From NCBI GenBank assembly GCA_005885025.1, contig VAYC01000014.1, forward strand, positions 1 through 27,350: a stretch of DNA of 27,350 bases. Reading direction: 5' to 3'. Below the pieces are notes generated by a model. The model was given only the letters and a program-made list of their open reading frames with translations. It was not told where the DNA came from and did no database searches. This document shows, piece by piece, positions 17,842 through 25,555 of the stretch. The first letter of the stretch is position 1. Every line of letters starts with the position of its first letter. Position numbers and translations under genes: made by a program. The DNA comes from Actinomycetota bacterium. Its GTDB lineage: Bacteria; Actinomycetota; UBA4738.

Positions 17842-19701
17842 TTACGCGGTTCGGAGCGCCGGCCTTCCCGCCGGGACCCAGAATTCCACGGTGGTTCCCC
17901 CTTCGGAGAGGCTTCGGACCTCGCACCTTCCGCCCGCCATCTCCGCCCGCTCTCGCATCGACGTGAGCCCGAGGTGGCCGTCCGTGGACCGCAGCATCTC
18001 GGATGCGCTGATGCCGACGCCATTGTCCTGCACCCGAACGAGGAACCCGCCGTCCCGATCCTCCAGCCGAACCTCGACGCTGGTGGCCTTGGCGTGCTTG
18101 CGGACGTTGATGAGGGCTTCCTGGGCGATGCGATAGAGCGTTACGCGGGTCTCGTCCGATGGTTCACGTCGGAGCCGGCTGTCGACACGAAAATCCATGC
18201 CGGAATCGAGTTCTTTCGCATACTCGACGATGGCGGCGGCGAGTCCCTCCTCGTCGAGGGCCGACGGCCGGAGCTCGAAGATGAGCGTCCTCATGACATC
18301 GACCGCGCTCTGTATCCTTCCCACCGCTTGATCCAGGGACTCCGCGGCGGCTTTGGGATCGAGTGTGTCAAGCCGTCGCCGCAGCATCTCGAGCTGCATC
18401 CCGACCCCGACCATGAGCTGGACGGGGCCGTCGTGCACCTCGCGAGCGATGCGGTGCCTCTCTTCCTCCTCGGCGTTGACCAAGCGAGACAGCAGCCTTC
18501 GCCGCTGCCCGTCCACCACGCGGAGGTCTTCCAGGCTCTCCCTCAGCTCCTGGGTCCGCTTCTGGGCGAACATCTGCATTTCCAGAGCTCGGATCTCCTC
18601 CACCTGCTGCTGGATTTCCTCCAGCAGCCAAGCGTTGTGCAGGGCAAGCGCGGCATGACCAGCGCACTGCTCTACCAAGGTGACGATCCACCGCTTCATG
18701 TTGTCGCCCCTCCCGGGGAACTCCAGGACCAGGATCCCGAGCCGGGAGCCCTTCTCCAGGAAGAGGGGAACGATCAGCAGGTTCCTGGCCCCGGGGAGCA
18801 GCGTGTCCAGGCGCTGATCGGCCTGAGGGTCGAGTCCCCGCACGAGCTGGGTCTGGCGAGAGTTCCAGGCCAGCTCCATCACGTGGTCGAGGCCCTCCCG
18901 GATCTGTCCCGGCGATGCCGAGCCGCGATACGCCATGAGGGAAAGCGCTTCCACTCTTGGAGGCGAGGCCAGGACGGCTCCTCTGGTGAAGCCGAAGACC
19001 TCGGAGAGCCTCGTCAGCAGGGTCACCGGGATCTCCGAGGCCGAGCTGCGCTGGTCGATCTCCGACACGATCCCGGATACTCGCTCGAGGTCGAGCTTGT
19101 GGGTCCGCACCTCGCGCTCGCTGAGGGCGGAGCACGTGGCCGTGCCCAGGGCCACGGCCCAGAGCGCGGCGACGTTCAGCATCGAAACGAGGCGGAAGTT
19201 GTCTCCCCGGCCCGGCAGGGCGGAGAGGATCGTCTCTCGAACCTGCAGGATCCCCGCGCTCTGAGCGTAGAACGCAACGAACAGGAGGATTGAATGCCAC
19301 GCCGCGATCTTCAGGCCGGTGCGATAGGAGGCCAGCAGCGTGACCGCGACCACGTGCACGAACACGAGGAACCGGAGCGGGCTCTGGGCGCCGCCCGTCG
19401 CGTAGCTCACCCACGCCAGGTAGATGCCGTCCACGAGCAACGTCCCGCCGATCACGGGAAGCAGTTGGACCCGCCGCAGACGGCGGGTCAGCTCCGGAAC
19501 CGGGACGAGCAGCAGGTAGGCCCCCGTGGCCGCGCCCACGGCCAGCAGCGAGACGCCTCGGACCTCCGGAGCCAGGGTGCAGACGACGAGAACCACCGAG
19601 GCGAAGCCGATCCGCAGGACGCGCAGGTATTCCATGCGCTCGGCGATGGAGACGAGATCGCCGAAGGTTGGTCTCGCTCTCGAAGGAGCCGACAGGGTCA
19701 C
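17842..19701 (-). CDS. Membrane sensor histidine kinase: multi-TM N-terminus (PilS-like), GAF, HisKA_3 and HATPase
   Basis: H-box EERHRIAREVHDG, N-box EALINVRKHA, DNGVG, GHLGLTSMRER and GGTTV. GAF-like segment ending LLIVPL...LGILVL...AALALHNA. About 5-6 hydrophobic helices at the N-terminus. Confidence 0.92.
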   Translation of the reverse strand: MTLSAPSRARPTFGDLVSIAERMEYLRVLRIGFASVVLVVCTLAPEVRGVSLLAVGAATGAYLLLVPVPELTRRLRRVQLLPVIGGTLLVDGIYLAWVSYATGGAQSPLRFLVFVHVVAVTLLASYRTGLKIAAWHSILLFVAFYAQSAGILQVRETILSALPGRGDNFRLVSMLNVAALWAVALGTATCSALSEREVRTHKLDLERVSGIVSEIDQRSSASEIPVTLLTRLSEVFGFTRGAVLASPPRVEALSLMAYRGSASPGQIREGLDHVMELAWNSRQTQLVRGLDPQADQRLDTLLPGARNLLIVPLFLEKGSRLGILVLEFPGRGDNMKRWIVTLVEQCAGHAALALHNAWLLEEIQQQVEEIRALEMQMFAQKRTQELRESLEDLRVVDGQRRRLLSRLVNAEEEERHRIAREVHDGPVQLMVGVGMQLEMLRRRLDTLDPKAAAESLDQAVGRIQSAVDVMRTLIFELRPSALDEEGLAAAIVEYAKELDSGMDFRVDSRLRREPSDETRVTLYRIAQEALINVRKHAKATSVEVRLEDRDGGFLVRVQDNGVGISASEMLRSTDGHLGLTSMRERAEMAGGRCEVRSLSEGGTTVEFWVPAGRPALRTA

Positions 19702-19702
19702 G

Positions 19703-20335
19703 TCAGGCGAACTTGCGGACGTCCGGCGCGATGGGAGCTGATGCCAACTTGGGGTCCCGGCGGTCGAGTCGGTTCTGCACCATCAGGAACGCGACGACCA
19801 CGAGGGCCAGGGCGAGGGGGAAGGCCACCTGCTTGCCGGCTTCAGCGGCCGCCCCTCCGATCCGGCCGAAGAGGCTCGGCCCATCCGTGGTCCTCTCCGT
19901 GACCGGCCGAGACGAAGCGGGTGCCTGAGTGGAGGCTCCCGTGGTGGTGTCGCGGTTCAGTCCGCCGACCCCTGCAGATGTGGAGGTCGTTGCCGGCCGG
20001 CCGCTCGGAACGGTACCGCCCCCTCCCCGGTGACCGCCGCCGCCGGTAGGTGTTGGGGTTGGCGTTGGGGAAACGATCGGCTTGAGGATTCCGTCGACCA
20101 CATCGGTTGCCTGCTTGACTGCCGCGTCAGCCTTGTCCTTCACGCTGTTGGCGGTGTCGGTGGCGGTCTGCTTCGTTTGGTCGACATTGCAGGTGGGATC
20201 GGTGAGTGGACATTCGGCCAAAGCCACGGGGGCGGACACGGTCAAGCACACTCCGATGAACGCCATGATGACCAGTGATTTCCGAGCCGACTGGCGCGGT
20301 GAGAGCCTATTGCCCCTGAGTCCCTTGCCGTGCAT
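19703..20335 (-). CDS. Secreted, C-terminally membrane-anchored Pro/Thr/Gly-rich protein with DRRDPKL tail (210 aa)
   Basis: ATG at 20335 preceded by GGAGGAGG. Signal peptide ending VALA, CPLTDPTC, PTPTPTPT/GGGG linker, C-terminal TM (FPLALALVVVAFLMV), then QNRLDRRDPKLA. Stop lies 1 nt from the kinase start. Confidence 0.85.
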   Translation of the reverse strand: MHGKGLRGNRLSPRQSARKSLVIMAFIGVCLTVSAPVALAECPLTDPTCNVDQTKQTATDTANSVKDKADAAVKQATDVVDGILKPIVSPTPTPTPTGGGGHRGGGGTVPSGRPATTSTSAGVGGLNRDTTTGASTQAPASSRPVTERTTDGPSLFGRIGGAAAEAGKQVAFPLALALVVVAFLMVQNRLDRRDPKLASAPIAPDVRKFA

Positions 20336-20660
20336 CTGACGACCTCCTCCCGACCCCGATCGCCGATCTACAGCAACACCTAGAACCTGGTATCGACGTC
20401 CCTTCGGATCTGGCGTATCGGCCGTCCCGAGGATGTTGTCCCGCGCTCCCGATGATCCCAAAGTCTGCGAACGGCGTAGCTCGGATCGGTGGCACGCTGC
20501 GTCAGTGGGGGAGACCGCCCCTTCCGGTCGGTGGAGCCTCGCCACGGCGCGGACGGGCCTTCACGGCCGCTTCAGCCACCCGCCAGCTGCGCCGATGCCC
20601 CAATGGCCGGTCCCTGCGGGGCCGGCGCGGGCAGTCAGTGACCGCCAGGAAGGGCCCGAC

Positions 20661-23588
20661 ATGAAGCGCCGAGCGCGAACCCATTCGGGGACGGGACGGC
20701 TGATGGCCGTCCTGGTGGTCCTCGCCATGGTTCCCCTAGGCCTGCTCGCCTACTCGACGGTCCGGCTGTCGACCGGCGCAGTGAACAAGGAGGTACAGGC
20801 GCGGATCCGGTCCTCGGCGTCCCTCTCCGCGGGGGCCATCCAGAAGGAGATGCAGGGTGTGGTTGATCTGGTTGGGTCCTATGCGGAGCGCCCAACCCTG
20901 GTCTCCGCTCTTTCGGACCCGGCCAATTACGACCTCCAACAGATCGAGTTCCAGCTCGCTGATCTGGCGGACGCCCGCCCAGGGATCTCCGCAACCTTCG
21001 TTGCCGACCCCCAGGGGAGGCTGATCGACATCCTCCCACCCACCCCGTCGATCGTGGGGCAGGACTTCTCCTACCGCGATTGGTACCGGGGTCTCACAGG
21101 GATCGGCCGGACCTACGTGTCGACCGGCTACATGAGCCAGGCCACCGGCCATCCGCTGGTCGTCGGCGTGGCCACCTTCGTCCGGGCCTCCGGGGACCAG
21201 GAGGCGCCCGGCCAAACACGGGCCATCTTGGTAGCCGCCTACGGGCTCGAGGAGATCCAGGGGTTCGTGGACAAGTACGAGTCGTCCCAGGGCGTCAGCC
21301 TCACGGTCACGGACCAGCGCGGCAACGTCCTGGCTTCGCCCGGCGGCGGCCAGACTCTGACGTCGCGGGCCACCGATCCACTCGTGGTGGACGCCCTCAA
21401 GGGAAGGTCCGCCGTGACCACCGTTGGGAGGCCCTCGGGCCGGCTCGTCTCCGCCTACGAGCCCGTGCCTGAACTCGGCTGGACGGTGACGGCGAGCGTC
21501 CCGGAGCGGGTGGCCCTGGCGGGCGTCTCCCACCTTCGCTCCGCTGTGTTGCTCGTGGCGGCCATCCTGGCCATGGTGTTGGCAACGGGCCTGCTCCTGC
21601 TGGCACGTGCGCTGCGGGCCCGCGCGCAGGCCGAGGAGGGTCGGGCCCGCCTTGCGGCCATCGTGGAGTCCTCCGAAGACGCGATCATCGGAATCACGCT
21701 CGACGGAATCATCACCAGTTGGAACGTGGGGGCCGAACGCCTCTACTGGTACACCGCCAAAGAAGCTGTTGGCCAGGACATCTCGATCCTCGCCCCGCCC
21801 GACCGGAAGGACGAGGCGTCGCAAAACCTGGAGCGCATCCGGGAAGGTGAGCGGGTCGAGCAATTCGAGACGGTACGCGTGACGAAGGACGGGACGCCGC
21901 GCGATGTCTCGCTCACGAGCTCGTTGGTGCGCGATCGAAAGGGGGAGGTCGTCGGAGCCTCGGTGATCGCCCAGGACATCACCGCGCACAAGCAGATGGA
22001 GGATGCGGTCCGGGAATCCGAACAGAGGTACCGCCTGCTGGTCGAATCGGCTCAGGACATGGTCTTCACCTTGAGCCCGGAGGGCAAGTTCGTCTCACTG
22101 AACGCCGGATTCGAAGCCATGACCGGATGGAAGAGGGAGGACTGGATCGGCAAGGACTTCGGCCCCCTGATCCATCCGGAGGACCTCGAGGCAGCCAAGA
22201 TCCGCGTGGCCCAGATGCGGCTGGGCGAGCGACTCCCTCCCTTCCCGGTGAGGCTCGCGACCAGCTCCGGGGGTTGGCGAACCGCTGAGAGCGTCTCGAG
22301 CCCGCTGGTCACCGACGGCTCTGTCGTGCAGATCGTGGGAATCGTTCGCGACATCACCGAACGCAAACAGGCTGAGGAAGAGCTGCGCCGAGCCAGGAAC
22401 GAGGCCGAGCGCGCCAAGGAGGAGGCCGAGCAGGCGAGGGAAGGAGCCGAGCGCGCCAATCGGGCCAAGAGCGAGTTCCTGTCCCGGATGAGCCACGAGC
22501 TGCGGACACCCCTGAACGCGGTGCTCGGGTTCGGCCAGCTCCTCGAGATGGACAGCCTCAACCAGGAGCAGCACGAGGGCGTGGCTCAGATCCTCAAGGG
22601 CGGCCGACACCTCCTGGATCTGATCAACGAGGTCCTGGACATCGCCCGGATCGAGGTCGGCCGGATCGCGCTCTCCCTCGAGCCGGTGGCGGTGGATGAG
22701 TCCGTGCTCGGCGCGGTCGATCTCATCCGCCCGCTCGCGACAGAGCGTGGGATCCGCCTGGGCACCGAGATCTCGGAGTCGCAGGGGTACGTGACGGCGG
22801 ACCGCCAGCGCCTCAAGCAGGTTCTGTTGAACCTGCTGTCCAACGCCGTGAAGTACAACCGACCGGGGGGCTCAGTCGCCGTTCGATGCGTTCCGGTATC
22901 GGGCGGGCGGGCGCGGGTCGAGGTGGCCGACGACGGCCCCGGCATCGCCCCCGAGTACATGAGCCGGCTGTTCGTTCCTTTCGAGCGCTTGGGGGCCGAG
23001 ACCTCCGGCGTGGAAGGGACGGGCCTGGGCCTGGCCCTCTCCAAGCGCCTCGTCGAGGTCATGGGGGGGACCCTGGAGGTGGAGAGCGCGCCGGGCCGAG
23101 GCAGCACTTTCTCGGTGTCCCTGCCGGCCGCGGAGGGCCCCGAGTCCGGCCTCGAACGGGGCGGCTCGAAGGGCCTCGTGCTCGCCGCCCTGAACGGGGA
23201 GGGCACGATCCTCCACATCGAGGACAATCCGGCCAACCTCAAGCTCATCGAGCGGATCCTGTCGGGAGTGCGCGGGGTGAGGCTGCTCTCCGCGATGCAA
23301 GGGAGCCTCGGACTGGACATGGCCAGGCAGCATCGCCCCGACGTGATCCTGCTCGACCTCAACCTGCCCGACATCCAGGGGCAGGAGGTGCTCGGCCTCC
23401 TGCGCGCCGATCCCCGGACGAGAGACATCCCAGTCCTCGTGGTCAGCGCGGACGCCACCCCCGAGCAGCTTCGAAAGCTCCGGGCGGCCGGGGCCAAGGC
23501 GTACCTCACCAAACCGCTGGACGTTCAGCGCTTCCTCCGTGTAGTGGGCGAGGCCTTGAGCGAACGAAGGCTTGACCATGCGGGCTGA
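20661..23588 (+). CDS. Hybrid sensor kinase: TM-dCache-TM-PAS-PAS-HisKA-HATPase-REC
   Basis: Cache-like DFSYRDWY and VSAYEPV; two PAS repeats ending QDIT and RDIT; FLSRMSHELRTPLNAV; NLLSNAVKYN; EGTGLGL; REC IEDN...LLDLNLP...LTKP. ATG 20661 after AGGAAGG. Confidence 0.95.
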   Translation: MKRRARTHSGTGRLMAVLVVLAMVPLGLLAYSTVRLSTGAVNKEVQARIRSSASLSAGAIQKEMQGVVDLVGSYAERPTLVSALSDPANYDLQQIEFQLADLADARPGISATFVADPQGRLIDILPPTPSIVGQDFSYRDWYRGLTGIGRTYVSTGYMSQATGHPLVVGVATFVRASGDQEAPGQTRAILVAAYGLEEIQGFVDKYESSQGVSLTVTDQRGNVLASPGGGQTLTSRATDPLVVDALKGRSAVTTVGRPSGRLVSAYEPVPELGWTVTASVPERVALAGVSHLRSAVLLVAAILAMVLATGLLLLARALRARAQAEEGRARLAAIVESSEDAIIGITLDGIITSWNVGAERLYWYTAKEAVGQDISILAPPDRKDEASQNLERIREGERVEQFETVRVTKDGTPRDVSLTSSLVRDRKGEVVGASVIAQDITAHKQMEDAVRESEQRYRLLVESAQDMVFTLSPEGKFVSLNAGFEAMTGWKREDWIGKDFGPLIHPEDLEAAKIRVAQMRLGERLPPFPVRLATSSGGWRTAESVSSPLVTDGSVVQIVGIVRDITERKQAEEELRRARNEAERAKEEAEQAREGAERANRAKSEFLSRMSHELRTPLNAVLGFGQLLEMDSLNQEQHEGVAQILKGGRHLLDLINEVLDIARIEVGRIALSLEPVAVDESVLGAVDLIRPLATERGIRLGTEISESQGYVTADRQRLKQVLLNLLSNAVKYNRPGGSVAVRCVPVSGGRARVEVADDGPGIAPEYMSRLFVPFERLGAETSGVEGTGLGLALSKRLVEVMGGTLEVESAPGRGSTFSVSLPAAEGPESGLERGGSKGLVLAALNGEGTILHIEDNPANLKLIERILSGVRGVRLLSAMQGSLGLDMARQHRPDVILLDLNLPDIQGQEVLGLLRADPRTRDIPVLVVSADATPEQLRKLRAAGAKAYLTKPLDVQRFLRVVGEALSERRLDHAG
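22401..22463 (+). repeat. Three imperfect 21-nt repeats encoding heptads before the H-box
   Basis: EAERAKE / EAEQARE / GAERANR. Confidence 0.6.
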
Positions 23589-24204
23589 CGACGAGCTGAC
23601 GCAAGCCCGGATCCTGGTGGTCGATGATCAGGAAGCCAACGTCCGGCTCCTCGAGCGGATCCTCGAGCGCGCCGGGTACACGAACGTGGCCACGACCACG
23701 GACTCGCGCCAGGTCCTCGGCCTGTACGGAGAGCTCGACCCCGACCTCATCGTGCTGGACCTGCTCATGCCCCACATGGACGGGTTCGAAGTGATGGCGG
23801 AGCTGGGAAGGCGTGTCCCCGATGGGACCTACCTCCCCATCCTGGTCCTGACGGCGGACGCCACGCCGCAGGCCCGTCAGCGTGCGCTCTCGATGGGGGC
23901 CCGGGACTTCCTTACGAAGCCGTTCGACCACGACGAGGCGCTGTTGCGGATACGCAACCTCCTCGAGACGAGGTTCCTCCACCTTCGGCTCAAGGACCAG
24001 AACGAGGCCCTGGAGGAGAAGGTCCGCGAGCGGACCGAAGACCTGCAGAGAAGTTTCGAGGCGCTGCACCGGACCGCCGAGCAGCGAAAGACGCTGCTGG
24101 CCCACCTGGCCAAGGTCAATCGACTGGCCATGGCCGGCATGGAGGAGGCCGTGTCCGGCGAACAGGTGATCGGGGACGGGGACGGGGCAGGCGCAGGTGG
24201 CTGA
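23578..24204 (+). CDS. Response regulator: REC domain plus coiled coil, no recognisable output domain
   Basis: ILVVDDQ...IVLDLLMPHMDG...VLTAD...FLTKPF, then the EKVRERT helix. Overlaps the kinase stop. Start at ATG 23578 or TTG 23572. Confidence 0.93.
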   Translation: MRADDELTQARILVVDDQEANVRLLERILERAGYTNVATTTDSRQVLGLYGELDPDLIVLDLLMPHMDGFEVMAELGRRVPDGTYLPILVLTADATPQARQRALSMGARDFLTKPFDHDEALLRIRNLLETRFLHLRLKDQNEALEEKVRERTEDLQRSFEALHRTAEQRKTLLAHLAKVNRLAMAGMEEAVSGEQVIGDGDGAGAGG

Positions 24205-25537
24205 GGGCAACGTGGCCTCCGCCGGATCGGTCGTCGAGCTCGTCGACTGGCTCCGTCAGCTGGCCTCCAGTGAGGGATCAGATCTCCATATCAAGGTGGG
24301 ATCGCCGCCGGCGTTCCGGGAAGGCGGCCAACTGCGTCGGCTAGAACACCCGCCGGTCGGAGGCCAGGAGGTCGAACGGTTGGCCGAGGCTATCGTCCCG
24401 CCCAACCGGAAGGCGCGCTTCGACGAGGAAGGAGAGGTGGACTTTGCCCACACCGTCCCCGGCGTCGGCCGGTTTCGGGCCAACGTCTTCCGGCAGCGGG
24501 GAGGCATCAGCATGGTCTTCCGGAGGCTCCGGACGGGGGGTCCCGGCTTCGAGGAGCTGGGACTCCCTCCGGTGGTCCGGAAGCTGGCCGACGAGGCCCG
24601 TGGCCTGGTCCTGGTCACGGGGCCGACCGGATCGGGGAAGACCACCACGCTCGCGGCCATGATCGAGTACATCAACCGGACCCGGCCGCTCCACGTCGTG
24701 ACCATCGAAGACCCCATCGAGGTCCTTCATAGCGACAAGGTGGCTTGGGTGAACCAGCGCGAAGTCGGCCAGGACTCCAGGAGCTTCCTCACCGCGCTGC
24801 GGGCGGCCCTCCGACAGGACCCCGACGTCATCCTGATCGGGGAGATGAGAGATACGGAGACCGTTCAGGCCGCCCTCCAGGCTGCCGAGACCGGCCATCT
24901 GGTCCTCTCCACGCTGCACACCGTGAACGCCAAGGAAACCGTGAACCGTTTGCTGGATTTTTTCCCTCCGTTTCAACAGCAGCAGATCCGCCTGACGCTG
25001 GCCGGCGCGCTCCGCGGCATCATCTGTCAGCGGCTGGTGCCCGGCACGGCGGGCGGGCGCGTGGTCTGTTTGGAGATCCTCGTCAACACCGGGCGGATCA
25101 CGGAACGGATCGTCAAGCCCGAGATCACCGCCGAGATCGAGGAGGTCATCGCCAAGGGCGAGCACTACGGTATGCGCACGTTCGATCAGTCGCTGCTGGA
25201 GCTGATCACGGTCGGGGACGTGTCGGTCGAGGAGGCGCTGGCGGCGGCCTCGGAGCCCCACGACCTGGAACTCGCCATCCAGCGGGCGGGGATCCCCATG
25301 ACGTCCCGGGGGGTCGGGCTGAGCTTCGAGCGCGACATCAAGCCGCTGTTCTCCGACGACGCCCGGACCCGGATCAACTGGAAGTTCGACTTGTGGGATT
25401 ACGAGAGCGTCAAAGCGAACATCTCCGAGATCCTCAAGCGCATGGAGAACGGCGACAGCCCCTTCGAAGAGGGGTGGACCGAGGACCGGGTGAAGGTCTT
25501 TCGCAGCTGGTTGCGGGAAGGCTTGATGGCCCCGTAG
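24197..25537 (+). CDS. pilT: PilT/PilU-family type IV pilus ATPase with an extra about 79-aa C-terminal domain
   Basis: SDLHIK, RFRANVF, Walker A GPTGSGKTT, TIEDPIE, Walker B ILIGEMRD, His box GHLVLSTLHT and GMRTFDQSL. Confidence 0.88.
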   Translation: MAEGNVASAGSVVELVDWLRQLASSEGSDLHIKVGSPPAFREGGQLRRLEHPPVGGQEVERLAEAIVPPNRKARFDEEGEVDFAHTVPGVGRFRANVFRQRGGISMVFRRLRTGGPGFEELGLPPVVRKLADEARGLVLVTGPTGSGKTTTLAAMIEYINRTRPLHVVTIEDPIEVLHSDKVAWVNQREVGQDSRSFLTALRAALRQDPDVILIGEMRDTETVQAALQAAETGHLVLSTLHTVNAKETVNRLLDFFPPFQQQQIRLTLAGALRGIICQRLVPGTAGGRVVCLEILVNTGRITERIVKPEITAEIEEVIAKGEHYGMRTFDQSLLELITVGDVSVEEALAAASEPHDLELAIQRAGIPMTSRGVGLSFERDIKPLFSDDARTRINWKFDLWDYESVKANISEILKRMENGDSPFEEGWTEDRVKVFRSWLREGLMAP

Positions 25538-25555
25538 GCAGGCCTGAAGCCTGGC

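Noticed and set aside
20336-20660. Possible c-di-GMP or c-di-AMP riboswitch in the divergent intergenic region; 9-bp hairpin at 20606-20626
   Set aside because: I found no consensus aptamer elements on either strand. One GC hairpin without a T-run is expected by chance. An Rfam cmscan would settle it.
25539-25553. CAGGC/GCCTG inverted repeat between the convergent pilT and EAL genes
   Set aside because: Only 5 bp with no T-tract; too weak to call a terminator.
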